From assembly GCA_046290225.1 (NCBI GenBank), contig JBKAGE010000075.1, positions 270,367-334,366 on the forward strand: 64,000 nt of DNA, given 5' to 3'. Shown here one piece after another: positions 20,514-30,629 of this stretch. Made by a program: the position numbers and the translations under genes. Below the pieces are notes generated by a model. The model had not been told where the DNA came from and did not search any database. It saw only the letters and a program-made list of their open reading frames with translations. The first letter of the stretch is position 1, and each line of letters begins with the position of its first letter. The stretch comes from Bradymonadia bacterium. Its GTDB lineage: Bacteria > Myxococcota_A > Bradymonadia > UBA7976 > UBA1532.

Positions 20514-23201
20514 GTGAATGATGCGACCCCCACACTGCCCGAAGGCCTCGCGGCCTACGTCGCCCGCGAGCGAGATCGCATCCGGCACGTGCACAATGAA
20601 GGCACCCCGGGCACCGAGATCAGCGCCGCTTTGTCCAACCTCGCTGATCGCGTGGTGGCCACACTCTACGAGGCGGCCTGCGCCCGGCTGCAGCACCTCG
20701 ACGTGCCGACCATCTACACGCCTCCGCAGATTCTGGCCATCGGTGGCTACGGTCGGCAGTCCCTGTCGCCCACCAGCGATCTCGATCTGTTGTTCCTCAC
20801 CGATCACCCGGTGCCCGAGCCTGGAGAGGGCCCGGAAGAGCGCGATCCTGTGGTGGACGCCGTGCTCCATGGCCTCTGGGATCTGCGCTACAAGGTGGGC
20901 TTCGCCACCCGCACGCTGGAGCAGACCCTCGACTTCGCCGAGGAGGATCTCCACACCGCCACGGCGTTGCTCACCCCCAGGAGCCTCGCCGGGGATCCCG
21001 AGATGCACCATCAGCTGCAGGCGGCCTATCGACAGCGGTTCGTCGGCCCGCGAATCGACCGCCTGCTGGAGCAGCTGAAGCGCTCCATGACGGAGCGCCA
21101 CGAGCGCTTCGGTGGCAGCGTCTATTTGCTCGAGCCCAACCTGAAGCACAGCCCCGGGGGCTTGCGTGATCTCCAGCTCATCTTGTGGGCGGCGATCATG
21201 CGGTTCCGCATCAACGGCTGGCCAGAGTTCCTACCGAGAGGTGTGGGAAGCCCCCGGGAGGCGAAGGCCCTCTTCAGCGCCAGGAGGTTCATTTCTAGAA
21301 CCCGGAACGCGCTGGGTTACGCCCATCCACACGCCAACGACCGGCTGACTTTCCGCCATCAGGAGACGGTGGCCCCAGCGCTGGGCTTCGCCGAGGGCGG
21401 GGCAGGGGTGGAGGCCTTCATGGCCGCCTGGTACAAGCACGCCTCCGAGGTGCAGAAGCGGGCGCGGCTGGTGCTTGAGCGCTGCATCGAGATGAGCCAC
21501 CGGTCCAAACGCCTCACCGCCCACCCCGTGGGGGAGCACTTCCGGCTGTTCAACGGCCAGCTCACCGTGGCGTCGAGAGAGGTGCTGCAGAAGCACCCGG
21601 TGCAGGCCATGAAGCTGTTTCAGGTGGCCCAGGAGCTCAAAGCCCCGGTCTATGGTTCTGCGAAGACCCGCGCCATGGAGCTGGCCGCGCGGCTCACGGG
21701 GCCCGATGGAGACGCGTGGCGATGTGAGCCCGAGGTGGTGCAGGCGTTCCGGTCGATCTTGAGCACCCCTGAAGATCCACACGACGCCCTGGGCGATCTG
21801 CACGAGGTGGGGTTGCTCGGGGCCATTCTGCCCGAGTTCGGCGCGGTGACCCACCGCACCCACCACGACCTCTATCACGTCTACACCGTCGACATTCACA
21901 CCCTGCACGCGATCCGGAAGCTCAAGGCGCTGCACCGAGGCGATCTCGCCGAGCGCGAGCCGCTGCTCACCGAGGCGATGCGGCTCATCGAGGCGCCGTT
22001 CTCGCTGTATCTCGGCCTGTTGATGCACGACGCCGGGAAGGCCCTCGGCCGCGGCCACGCGGTGAAGGGGGCCCGCCTGCTCCCGGTCATTGCCCGCCGC
22101 TGGGCCATGGCCACCGCCGAGGCCCGAGAGGCGGAGTGGCTGGTGCGGGATCACCTCGTGATGGCCCACATCAGCCAGCGCCGGGATCTCGATGACGAGC
22201 ACATCATCCAGCGGTTCGCCCGGCGGGTGGGATCAGTCGACGCCCTGAGCAAGCTGTTCGTCCTCACCTGGGCCGACGCGTCGACGACGGGCCCTCAGGC
22301 CTACACCGACTGGAAGGCGGCTCTGCTGGCCCAGCTCTACCTGCGTACTCGACAGTTGCTCGGGCGCGGCTTGGGGCTCTTCGATGATCCCGAGCGCCGG
22401 GTGGCCCGCTTGCGCCGGGTGGTCTCCGACGCCCTCGAGCGGCAGGGCAGGGTGGTCCTCAAAGATGTGAACGGCGAGGTGGACACCTTCTTCCAGAGCC
22501 TGCCCACACCTTATTTTCGGCGTACGCTCGCCCGGGACATCGCCCGTCACTTCGAGATGGCGCGCCAGCTGAAGGCCGAGCCGCCGGTGGTGGTGCAGGT
22601 GGACGCCCGTCCTCGAGGCGATATTTGCCGGTTGCACATCGCCGCCCCCGACCAGCCAGGCCTGCTCTCCATCATCGCCGGTGTGCTCACCGCTCAACGG
22701 CTCGAGATCCTCGGGGCTGCGTTGAACTCCACCGACGGCGGAGTGGCCCTGGACGTCTTCGAGGTCAGGCCCACTGATGGTGAGGTGCGCAGCGCCGAGG
22801 ATCCACGGTGGGACGAGGTGCAGGCGGCCCTCGCCGATGTGATCTCCGGTGACACGACGGTGGAGCGATTGCTCGGCAGTCGACATCAGCGCCCCACGGG
22901 CCCTCGACCCAGTCGGCGCCCGAGCGACGAGCGTGGGGCCCAGATCAGCGTCGATGAAGAGGCGTCGAAGACGTACACGGTCATCGATGTGCAGGCGCCA
23001 GATCGAGTGGGCCTGCTCTACGACATGACCCGGGCCCTCGCCGAGGCGGGGGTGCACATCTACCTCGCCCGGGTCACCACCGAAGGGGACCAGGCCTTCG
23101 ACACTTTCTACGTCTGCGCCCCCGATGGCGCAGCCCTCGATGCCGAGGCCATCGAGGAGGCCACCGGCGCTCTTTTGGCGGTGTTGGGCGACTCGGCATA
23201 A
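20514..23201 (+). CDS. glnD: [Protein-PII] uridylyltransferase/uridylyl-removing enzyme
   Basis: AIGGYGR...SDLDLL; EPNLK-x-SPGGLRD; YHVYTVDIH; MHDAGK; two ACT domains. Confidence 0.93.
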   Translation: MNDATPTLPEGLAAYVARERDRIRHVHNEGTPGTEISAALSNLADRVVATLYEAACARLQHLDVPTIYTPPQILAIGGYGRQSLSPTSDLDLLFLTDHPVPEPGEGPEERDPVVDAVLHGLWDLRYKVGFATRTLEQTLDFAEEDLHTATALLTPRSLAGDPEMHHQLQAAYRQRFVGPRIDRLLEQLKRSMTERHERFGGSVYLLEPNLKHSPGGLRDLQLILWAAIMRFRINGWPEFLPRGVGSPREAKALFSARRFISRTRNALGYAHPHANDRLTFRHQETVAPALGFAEGGAGVEAFMAAWYKHASEVQKRARLVLERCIEMSHRSKRLTAHPVGEHFRLFNGQLTVASREVLQKHPVQAMKLFQVAQELKAPVYGSAKTRAMELAARLTGPDGDAWRCEPEVVQAFRSILSTPEDPHDALGDLHEVGLLGAILPEFGAVTHRTHHDLYHVYTVDIHTLHAIRKLKALHRGDLAEREPLLTEAMRLIEAPFSLYLGLLMHDAGKALGRGHAVKGARLLPVIARRWAMATAEAREAEWLVRDHLVMAHISQRRDLDDEHIIQRFARRVGSVDALSKLFVLTWADASTTGPQAYTDWKAALLAQLYLRTRQLLGRGLGLFDDPERRVARLRRVVSDALERQGRVVLKDVNGEVDTFFQSLPTPYFRRTLARDIARHFEMARQLKAEPPVVVQVDARPRGDICRLHIAAPDQPGLLSIIAGVLTAQRLEILGAALNSTDGGVALDVFEVRPTDGEVRSAEDPRWDEVQAALADVISGDTTVERLLGSRHQRPTGPRPSRRPSDERGAQISVDEEASKTYTVIDVQAPDRVGLLYDMTRALAEAGVHIYLARVTTEGDQAFDTFYVCAPDGAALDAEAIEEATGALLAVLGDSA

Positions 23202-23211
23202 CCTTGCCCCC

Positions 23212-24138
23212 ATGAACCCCAACGTGCCCATGACCCCACTGGCCTTCGACGAGGCCCTCGACGCCTTCATGACGTGGGCGACGGTGGAGCGTGGCCTCGC
23301 CCGCAATACGCTCACGGCCTATCACACCGATCTCAAGAGCTTCGGCGAGGTGGTGGGCATGGAGCGCGCCGTGAACGCTCTGGGCGAAGATGACGTGCTC
23401 GAGTGGCTGGGGCTCCGGGTTGAGGCAGGCATCACCTCCCGCAGTCAGGCGCGAAGCCTCACGGCTCTGCGGCAGTTCATGGGGTTCCTGCTCGACGAGG
23501 GGGCCATCGAGATCGATCCCACGGCTCGGGTGGATCTGCCCCGCGTCGGACGGCATCTCCCTGAGACGATGACCCTCGACGAGGTGGAAGCCCTGCTCGC
23601 CGCACCCGACACCCACACCGCCCTCGGCCTGAGAGATCGCACCATGCTCGAGGTGCTCTATGCCTCGGGGCTGCGGGTCACCGAGCTGGTGACGCTGCCC
23701 ATCGGCGCGGTGAACCTCGAGGCGGGCTACGTCCGGGTCCGGGGGAAGGGCGACAAAGACCGCCTCGTGCCTCTGGGCGACGTGGCTCGGGGCTGGGTGG
23801 AGCGCCTGCTCGTCGAGGGCCGCGAAGTGGTGACTCCAGTAGAGCTGCGTCGTCACAGCAACGCCCCACTCTTCATCACCCGGCTGGGTCGAGCCATGAC
23901 CCGTCAGGGGTTCTGGAAGCTGATCCGGCGGTACGCCCAGCGGGCAGGCATCTCGAAGTCGATCAGCCCCCACACGCTGCGTCACGCCTTCGCCACCCAC
24001 TTGCTGGAGCGGGGCGTGGACTTACGCACCCTGCAGGCCATGTTGGGCCACGCCGATATCTCGACCACCGAAATCTACACCCACCTTTCTCGGGCCCGGC
24101 TGCAGAGCGTGCACGCCGAGCATCACCCGAGAGGGTGA
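23212..24138 (+). CDS. xerD: Tyrosine recombinase XerD
   Basis: ERGLARNTLTAY, LYASGLRVTEL, MTRQGFWK, SPHTLRHAFATHLL, LGHADISTTEIY. Confidence 0.95.
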   Translation: MNPNVPMTPLAFDEALDAFMTWATVERGLARNTLTAYHTDLKSFGEVVGMERAVNALGEDDVLEWLGLRVEAGITSRSQARSLTALRQFMGFLLDEGAIEIDPTARVDLPRVGRHLPETMTLDEVEALLAAPDTHTALGLRDRTMLEVLYASGLRVTELVTLPIGAVNLEAGYVRVRGKGDKDRLVPLGDVARGWVERLLVEGREVVTPVELRRHSNAPLFITRLGRAMTRQGFWKLIRRYAQRAGISKSISPHTLRHAFATHLLERGVDLRTLQAMLGHADISTTEIYTHLSRARLQSVHAEHHPRG

Positions 24139-24150
24139 CAGGAGCGCCTC

Positions 24151-24822
24151 GTGGAGCTGCAACCCGTTCGGATCGTCGCCGTGAGCTATCTGACGATCCT
24201 GCTGTCACTCACGGTGCATGAGTATGCCCACGGCTGGATGGCGTACCGCCTCGGCGACGACACCGCCAAGCGCCAGGGCCGACTCACCTTGAACCCCATC
24301 GTCATCATCCAGCACCACACGATGGGGGCGCTCATTTTTCCGCTGATCGGCAGCCTCTTCGGCATGCCTTTCGGCTGGGCGAGCTGCCCGGTGAACCTGG
24401 CCAATGTGCGCCGAGATGTGAGCCTGCGGCGGGCCAACTTCTTGATCAGCATCGCCGGACCGATGTCCAACGTGCTCCTGGCCATCATCGCGGGACTCAC
24501 CCTCGTGGGTCTCAGCGCCGCAGGGCTCATGTTCTCCGGGGGCATGGGTGGCGCTGAAGAGCCCATCAAGATGCTGCTCTACTACATGATTCTGCTCAAT
24601 GTGCTGCTGGCGCTCTTCAACCTGTTGCCTGTGCCCCCGCTCGATGGCTACTCGGTGCTCGAGTCCATGGTCTCCCGCAGTCAGGAGCACATCCTCAAGT
24701 TCCTGCGGGAGTACCAGATGATCTTGTTCATCGTGGTGCTCATGTACGGCGGCAGGCTCTTCGCGCCAGTGATTCAGTACGTGGTGCGCGTGTTCATCGA
24801 TCTCGCTCGGAGCGTGGCGTGA
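24151..24822 (+). CDS. Site-2 protease family (M50) membrane metalloprotease
   Basis: HEYAH, GRLTLNP, AGPMSN, FNLLPVPPLDG. Confidence 0.93.
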   Translation: MELQPVRIVAVSYLTILLSLTVHEYAHGWMAYRLGDDTAKRQGRLTLNPIVIIQHHTMGALIFPLIGSLFGMPFGWASCPVNLANVRRDVSLRRANFLISIAGPMSNVLLAIIAGLTLVGLSAAGLMFSGGMGGAEEPIKMLLYYMILLNVLLALFNLLPVPPLDGYSVLESMVSRSQEHILKFLREYQMILFIVVLMYGGRLFAPVIQYVVRVFIDLARSVA

Positions 24823-25610
24823 GCTCGCCTCGTTTTCAGGTCGATGCTGGTGCTGTGGCGGTTCAGGTGGCCAGCTTCGAGGGCCCCCTCGATCTGTTGC
24901 TGCACTTGATCCGGAAAGAAGAGTTCGACGTCTTCGACCTGCCCATCGCCCCTCTCACGGCGGCGTATCTGCGTCACCTTGAGGCCATGCGGCAGATCAG
25001 CATCGAGCCTGCAGGCGAGTTCCTGGTCATGGCGGCCACCCTGACCCAAATCAAAAGCCGCCTACTGCTGCCACGGGCACCGAAAGGCGACGATGGTGAG
25101 GACGACGGCCTGGACCCGCGAGCGGATCTGGTGCGCTTACTCTTGGAGTATCAGCGTTATCAAGAGGTGGCTGAAGGGCTCGATGCCTGTGATCAGGTGG
25201 GGCGTGACGTCTTCCTGCGTCCAGATGGGCTCGATCGCCCTCCTGAAGAGGAGGAGGCCCTCGCCGAGCAGCAGATCTTCCGCCTCGGGGAGACCTTCAG
25301 GCGCCTCATCGCCCGCAAACGCTTCGTGGCCCCTCACGAGATCTACGTGGAGCGGGTCTCCATCGGCGAGCGCGTGGCTCAGATCGCCGAGCGCCTCGCC
25401 GAGGTGGGCCGTACATCGTTCGAAGCGCTGTGCGACGAGGCCCATTCTCTCGAAGAGCAGGTGACGACGTTCCTCGCGGTGTTGGAGATGAGCCGTTTGA
25501 AGCTCATCAAGCTGATCCAGGGCGACCGCCTCGCCCCGCTCTATGTGGAGTCAGTGGTCGACGCCATCGCCCCCATCGCCGAGGAGGCCGCCGGCACCCT
25601 CAGCTTCTGA
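24819..25610 (+). CDS. scpA: Segregation and condensation protein A
   Basis: FEGPLDLLLHLI, EFLVMAATL-x2-IKSRLLLP, TFLAVLE. Confidence 0.95.
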   Translation: MSSPRFQVDAGAVAVQVASFEGPLDLLLHLIRKEEFDVFDLPIAPLTAAYLRHLEAMRQISIEPAGEFLVMAATLTQIKSRLLLPRAPKGDDGEDDGLDPRADLVRLLLEYQRYQEVAEGLDACDQVGRDVFLRPDGLDRPPEEEEALAEQQIFRLGETFRRLIARKRFVAPHEIYVERVSIGERVAQIAERLAEVGRTSFEALCDEAHSLEEQVTTFLAVLEMSRLKLIKLIQGDRLAPLYVESVVDAIAPIAEEAAGTLSF

Positions 25611-26405
25611 AGGCCCAGTGTCGAAGGTCTCGGTGTCGAAGGTCTCGGTGTCGAAGGTCTCGGTGTATGAGGTCTCGGTGTATGAGAGCTCCGATTCAGA
25701 AGACTCCAGTTCAGCAGGCTCACCTTCAACCTCGGCGTCAGCCTGAATCTCTTCCGAACGCGTCACGGGCTTTGGGGGCACTGGAGCCCGTTTCGCCGCG
25801 CGGGCTGCCTCGACGTTCGGCGCCGAGCCTTTCCGCCGTGCTTCGGCCTCTGCCTGTAAGCTCTCCAAATCCCGCAAAGTGGGCAGCGCCTTTAGATCCG
25901 TGAGCCCGAAGACTTCGAGGAAGGTGGGGCTGGTGGCATAGGTGAGCGGGCGCCCGGGCTCGTCGAGCTTTCCGGCGATGCGGACCAGCTTGCGATCGAG
26001 CAGGCTGCGCAAGACCCCACCGCAGTCCACCCCACGAATGCTCTCGATGTCGATGCGAGTGCACGGCTGGCGGTAGGCCACGATGGCCAGGACCTCGAGG
26101 GCCGCCTTGCTCAATCGGGTGGGCCGGCCCGGCCACAGACGTCTGACGATGGGAGCCAGGACAGGCCGTGTGCGCAGTCGCCACTTCTGGTCCACCTGGA
26201 TCAACTCGATGCCGCGGCCGCTCAACTGCTCGGCGAGGGTCTTCAGGGCCTTCACCACGGCGGCCTCGGCCACTGGCCCTGGCCACTCCTCTTCTTGCGC
26301 CGCAGCGGAGAAGAGCGTGGAGATCTCCTTCGCCGACAGCGGGTGGTCGGCTGCAAAGAGCAGGGCCTCGAGGGCGGCGTGCAGGTCGTCGACGGGGGCG
26401 CTCAC
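25551..26405 (-). CDS. scpB: Segregation and condensation protein B
   Basis: LEALLFAA, LSKAALEVLAIVAYRQP, IRGV, PGRP, FLEVFGL-x2-L-x2-LP. Confidence 0.95.
   Translation of the reverse strand: MSAPVDDLHAALEALLFAADHPLSAKEISTLFSAAAQEEEWPGPVAEAAVVKALKTLAEQLSGRGIELIQVDQKWRLRTRPVLAPIVRRLWPGRPTRLSKAALEVLAIVAYRQPCTRIDIESIRGVDCGGVLRSLLDRKLVRIAGKLDEPGRPLTYATSPTFLEVFGLTDLKALPTLRDLESLQAEAEARRKGSAPNVEAARAAKRAPVPPKPVTRSEEIQADAEVEGEPAELESSESELSYTETSYTETFDTETFDTETFDTGPSEAEGAGGLLGDGGDGVDH
25618..25686. repeat. 15-bp tandem repeat, about 4.6 copies, in the scpB 3' end
   Basis: GTGTCGAAGGTCTCG x3, then GTGTATGAGGTCTCG and a partial copy; encodes ETFDT/ETSYT. Confidence 0.95.
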
Positions 26406-26437
26406 GGCAAGCTCCTCGAAGAAGGTGGGGGCACGAT

Positions 26438-26466
26438 GGGTTAGTTCGACGGGGATGGGTTGTCAA
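26438..26466 (-). promoter_or_regulatory. sigma70-type promoter of scpB
   Basis: TTGACA-17 bp-TAACCC about 30 bp upstream of the GTG. Confidence 0.5.
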
Positions 26467-26497
26467 ATCCGTTGGGCATCCGGCACCATGCGCGGTC

Positions 26498-28618
26498 ATG
26501 ACTCGACACCCCCACCTCCTGATCTTCTGGATGGCGCTGCCCCTATGTGCCCTGTCTCTGATGAGCGGCGGGTGTGGCGACGCGCCTCCAGAGGCCGAGC
26601 CCGAGGCCCCCACTGCTCAACCGGAGACGCCACGACCCGCGGTGCCCATGCCACCGGTGGAGCAGATGCTGGCCCACCCGCCCCGGGTATGGATGAACCT
26701 CGCCGAGACTTCCGAGCGGGCACACCTCTGGCGTGGCGGTCCGGTTTTCGATCCCGGCGGGGTGGGTTGGGCGACGGCCTCTGCCCTCGGCAACCGCACC
26801 GCGTGGTTGCCCGTGCGGACCGCCGGCGAGCGCACGGTGGCGTACCCGGACGGCATCGGCGCCTCGCTCCGGTTCTCTGTGGACGAGCGGGGGGCCGGCC
26901 TGAGCAAGCTGCATCTGTGGATGAAGCCCAAGGGCCCCAAGCAGCGGGTCAGCCTCTTCATTGACGAGATCCCCCTCGGCACTTTGTCGTTGTCCAACAA
27001 TGGCAAGGTCTACACTGTGGATCTCCCGGAGGGTGGTCTGGCCCCTGGAGAGCATCATCTGCGCTTCTACTTCCGGTTCACGCGGTTCCTCGGCAAGAAG
27101 CGAACTCCTGGATCGGTGGATCAGGTGCGCCTCACGCCCGGCGGCGAGCCCCTTACTTTGCCAGAGGCCTGGCGCGGGCCCCTCGAGGTGGGCGGTCTCG
27201 AAGGTGATGTGTTGTATGCCGGTGCGCCGACGCGTTGGGCGTTCTATCTGCATCCCCCACCAGGCGCCCGCCTCTTCACCAAGGCCGCGGTGCAGTCTGG
27301 CGAGGCCACCGAGTTCATCATTCGCATCGAGGAAGACGGTGCCGAGCCAGTAGAGCCGTTCAAGGAGACGGTGGAGCCCGGCACGTTCAAAGAGGTGGAG
27401 GTTGATCTGGCTCCGTGGGCCAACCGGCCGATCCGACTCTGGCTCGAGACCCGGGGCGAGATCGCCGACGTGCCCGTGGCAGGGTGGGGAGAGCCGGCGA
27501 TCCTGGTCCCTGGCGCTGCGGATTATCAGCCGCCCACCGTAGAGAACGTCATCATCTGGTCCGTAGACGGTCTCCGGGCCGACCGGGTCGATCTCGGCCG
27601 AGGCGGGGAGCGTGCCGCCACCCCCAACCTCGATCTGCTCGCTGCAGAAGGGGCCGCCTCTGTCGGTGTGTGGACCGAAGGTGTCTCGCCAGAAGACGGC
27701 CACGCCGCCCTCATTGCTCCCACGGGCATGGGGGAGGGGCTGCTCACGTTGCCCGAGGCCGCTGCGGAGGTGGGCAGACAGACCGCGTACATCGGTACCA
27801 GCCAGGGCATGCCCAAATCGCTGCTCAAAGCCTTCCAGGGCAAGTTCGACCTGCGCGCTGAGGGCGACAATGCCGAGACCCCCATGGTCCTGCGAGAGCT
27901 CAACGCGTGGCTCGACACGCGTCGGACCGGGCGCTTCATGCTCTACGTCACCAGTGATGATCCCCGAGCGCCGTACACACCAGCCCCAGGCTTCGTGCGC
28001 CTGTACAAGCAGATGCGCAAGGGGGCCGAGGAGCAGGAAGACATCGACCAGGCCAGGCACGAAGGGGCCATCGCCTATGATGCCCAGCTGACCACCGCGG
28101 ACTACTGGATCGGGCAGATGATGGCGTTGCTCGAGGCCCACAACCTGAGGGGGGACACCGCGGTCATCATCGTCGGCTCCGTGGGGCAGGCCATGCGAGG
28201 CCCCGAAGCGCAGGGCGACGGCTACGCGCTCAGGCCAGAGCTGCTGCACGTGCCCCTGGTGCTCTGGCATCCTGGCCTGAAGGCCCGGGCCGCACGCCCT
28301 CTGCTCTGGGGTGGGCGCATGGCAGACGTCGCGGGCCTCGCCCTCACCCTCATGGGTCAGGATGTGCCTCCAGACTGGCAGGTTCGGCCCCTCGCGGGCC
28401 CTCTGCTCGATGGTCAGCCCCTGGTGCAGCGTCGGATGAGCGCCCGCCTCGGTCCGCTCAGCGCCGCGCGGATCGGCCACTGGTTCCTCAAAGGATCAGG
28501 CCCTCACGGGCTCAGCATCTGGCGGCTCGATCGCGATCCGGAGCTCGCCGAGGACCTCGCTGAGACACACCCCATCGCCCTGCGATTCCTGCGGGACAGT
28601 CTGCTCGAATCGCAATGA
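26498..28618 (+). CDS. Lipoprotein with C-terminal sulfatase/alkaline-phosphatase-superfamily-like domain (degenerate)
   Basis: Lipobox SGGC; NVIIWSVDGLRAD, TPNLD-x-LAAEG, YDAQL-x2-AD, LHVPLVL. Confidence 0.7.
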   Translation: MTRHPHLLIFWMALPLCALSLMSGGCGDAPPEAEPEAPTAQPETPRPAVPMPPVEQMLAHPPRVWMNLAETSERAHLWRGGPVFDPGGVGWATASALGNRTAWLPVRTAGERTVAYPDGIGASLRFSVDERGAGLSKLHLWMKPKGPKQRVSLFIDEIPLGTLSLSNNGKVYTVDLPEGGLAPGEHHLRFYFRFTRFLGKKRTPGSVDQVRLTPGGEPLTLPEAWRGPLEVGGLEGDVLYAGAPTRWAFYLHPPPGARLFTKAAVQSGEATEFIIRIEEDGAEPVEPFKETVEPGTFKEVEVDLAPWANRPIRLWLETRGEIADVPVAGWGEPAILVPGAADYQPPTVENVIIWSVDGLRADRVDLGRGGERAATPNLDLLAAEGAASVGVWTEGVSPEDGHAALIAPTGMGEGLLTLPEAAAEVGRQTAYIGTSQGMPKSLLKAFQGKFDLRAEGDNAETPMVLRELNAWLDTRRTGRFMLYVTSDDPRAPYTPAPGFVRLYKQMRKGAEEQEDIDQARHEGAIAYDAQLTTADYWIGQMMALLEAHNLRGDTAVIIVGSVGQAMRGPEAQGDGYALRPELLHVPLVLWHPGLKARAARPLLWGGRMADVAGLALTLMGQDVPPDWQVRPLAGPLLDGQPLVQRRMSARLGPLSAARIGHWFLKGSGPHGLSIWRLDRDPELAEDLAETHPIALRFLRDSLLESQ

Positions 28619-28640
28619 TTCAGCAGTCTCCAGGAGAGGC

Positions 28641-28669
28641 TTGACTTCCGGGGGGCTTCCGTCTAGCTT
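28641..28669 (+). promoter_or_regulatory. sigma70-type promoter of the rpsP operon
   Basis: TTGACT-17 bp-TAGCTT. Confidence 0.6.
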
Positions 28670-28732
28670 CCCGGGGCTCTCATCCGGGCGCGTCCCGGAT
28701 ATATGGTCATTTATTGAGGAGACAGGTCGGTT

Positions 28733-29005
28733 ATGGCCGTTCACATCAGGCTTCAGCGCTTCGGCGCCAAGAAGCGGCCCTACTATCGTATCGTCGCCGC
28801 CGACAACCGTAACAAGCGGGATGGTCGGTTTCTCGAGCAGGTCGGCACCTATGACCCCATGGTCAACCCCGCCCGCCTGACGTTCAACCTCGACCGGGTG
28901 GACTACTGGGTCTCCGTGGGCGCCAAGCCCACTGACACCACCGCCAGCCTGTTGCGTCGGTACCGTCGGGAAAACCCCGCCACCGAGGCTGCAGCCGAGG
29001 GCTGA
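28733..29005 (+). CDS. rpsP: 30S ribosomal protein S16
   Basis: MAVHIRLQRFGAKKRPYYRIVAAD...RDGRF...GTYDP. Confidence 0.98.
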   Translation: MAVHIRLQRFGAKKRPYYRIVAADNRNKRDGRFLEQVGTYDPMVNPARLTFNLDRVDYWVSVGAKPTDTTASLLRRYRRENPATEAAAEG

Positions 29006-29108
29006 GTCAGAGAACGGGTCAGCAGATCTGATCTGCTGCTCGGGCCATGCTGTTTACGTCGGGATCGGCTCCCAGGAGTCGGCGCGCTGAGACCCACAGG
29101 AGCATCCG

Positions 29109-29336
29109 TTGAAGGACCTCGCCGGATACATCGCCACCGCCCTCGTCGACGACGCTGACGCAGTCCGCGTCGAAGAGGCGCACGGCGACGAGCACGTCGT
29201 CACCATCCACGTCGCCCAGGGCGATCGGGGGGTGATCGTGGGCCGTCAGGGCCGAACTGTTCGGGCGATCCAGACGGTACTCAACGCCGCCAGCGGTCAT
29301 CGGGTCTCTCTCGAGATCGGCGACGCTGAGGGCTGA
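29109..29336 (+). CDS. khpA: KH-domain RNA-binding protein
   Basis: IATALVD, DRGVIVGRQGRT; canonical position between rpsP and rimM. Confidence 0.88.
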   Translation: MKDLAGYIATALVDDADAVRVEEAHGDEHVVTIHVAQGDRGVIVGRQGRTVRAIQTVLNAASGHRVSLEIGDAEG

Positions 29337-29337
29337 G

Positions 29338-29850
29338 GTGAGTTGGATCCTGGTGGGGCGCCTCGGGCGACCCCATGGCGTGCGCGGCGAGCTTCGCCTG
29401 TGGCCGCTCAACCGGGAGACCGAGTTGCTCAGCCCCGGGCGAGAGATCCAGGTGGGCACTGGCCGTACACCGAGCCAGACGCTCACGCTGAGCGCCGTAC
29501 GTCATGACAGCAAGGGGCCAGTCGTACGCCTCGACGAGATCACCGACCGGAACGGCGCCGAGGCGCTCACCGGCCTCAAGTGGTTCGAACGTCGCGACGC
29601 CTTCCCCGAGCCCGAGGCAGACGAGATCTACGTCGTCGACCTGATCGGCATGCAGGTCCTCACCGAAGGGGGAGAGGCCGTCGGTCGGCTCAGCGACGTC
29701 TGGCAGCATGGGGCCCACGACACCTACGTGGTGAAGAGCGGGCCTCGTGAGCACTTGATTCCGGCCGTCGACGAGTTCGTCGTCCGGGTGGACACCGAGG
29801 CCCGGCAGATCATCATCCGCCCGGTCGAAGGGCTCTTGAGCGAAGACTGA
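29338..29850 (+). CDS. rimM: Ribosome maturation factor RimM
   Basis: VGRLGRPHGVRGE, YVVDLIG, GAHD, LIPAV. Confidence 0.95.
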   Translation: MSWILVGRLGRPHGVRGELRLWPLNRETELLSPGREIQVGTGRTPSQTLTLSAVRHDSKGPVVRLDEITDRNGAEALTGLKWFERRDAFPEPEADEIYVVDLIGMQVLTEGGEAVGRLSDVWQHGAHDTYVVKSGPREHLIPAVDEFVVRVDTEARQIIIRPVEGLLSED

Positions 29851-29858
29851 GCGGTGCT

Positions 29859-30629
29859 GTGAAAACCACGGTCGTCACCATCTTCCCCGAGATGTTCCCC
29901 GGTTACCTCGGTGAGAGCGTCATCGGCAGGGCCCTCAAGCAGGGGTTGGCCACCATCGAGTGCGTCGATCCTCGGGCCTTCACCACCGATCGTCATCGCA
30001 GCGTCGATGACGTGCCCTTCGGTGGCGGCGCCGGGATGGTGATGAAGCCTGAGCCTCTGGCAAAGGCCATCGAATCTGTCGGCCCAGTGAGCCGACGCGT
30101 GCTCCTCGCCCCGGCGGGTCGTACGTTCACCCAGGCCGATGCCTGGGCCTGGTCGCGCCTCGACCACCTCGTGCTCGTCTGTGGGCGGTACGAAGGGGTG
30201 GACGAGCGGGTCAGGGACACACTCATCGACGACGTGGTCTCCATCGGTGACTACGTCCTGACGGGTGGCGAAGTGGCGGCGATGGTGATCCTCGACGCCA
30301 CCATCCGTCAGATCCCCGGGGTGCTCGGCAACGCCGACTCCCTGGCGACAGAATCCCATGGGGGAGACGGGCTCCTGGAGCACCCCCATTATACCCGGCC
30401 GTCCACATGGCGTGGTCAGCCGGTACCCGAGGTATTGCTGAGCGGCCACCACGCTCGCATCGACCAGTGGCGCAGACTCGCCTCGGTCGAACGCACCGCG
30501 CGGTGGCGGCCCGAATTATTGGACCATGTGGAGCTGACGCCCGAAGAGCAGCAGCGGGTCGAAGAGATCAACGAGACCCGAAACGCCGAGGCGTCCACCG
30601 ATATCGAAACGAAAGAAGGCACCCCATGA
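29859..30629 (+). CDS. trmD: tRNA (guanine37-N1)-methyltransferase
   Basis: [38 protein letters not shown]. Confidence 0.98.
   Translation: MKTTVVTIFPEMFPGYLGESVIGRALKQGLATIECVDPRAFTTDRHRSVDDVPFGGGAGMVMKPEPLAKAIESVGPVSRRVLLAPAGRTFTQADAWAWSRLDHLVLVCGRYEGVDERVRDTLIDDVVSIGDYVLTGGEVAAMVILDATIRQIPGVLGNADSLATESHGGDGLLEHPHYTRPSTWRGQPVPEVLLSGHHARIDQWRRLASVERTARWRPELLDHVELTPEEQQRVEEINETRNAEASTDIETKEGTP

Noticed and set aside
17375..20533. 1052-aa minus-strand ORF
   Set aside because: Antisense shadow of mutS
23212..24138. Integrase of a prophage or island
   Set aside because: Typical chromosomal XerD motifs in a housekeeping context; no att sites or phage genes
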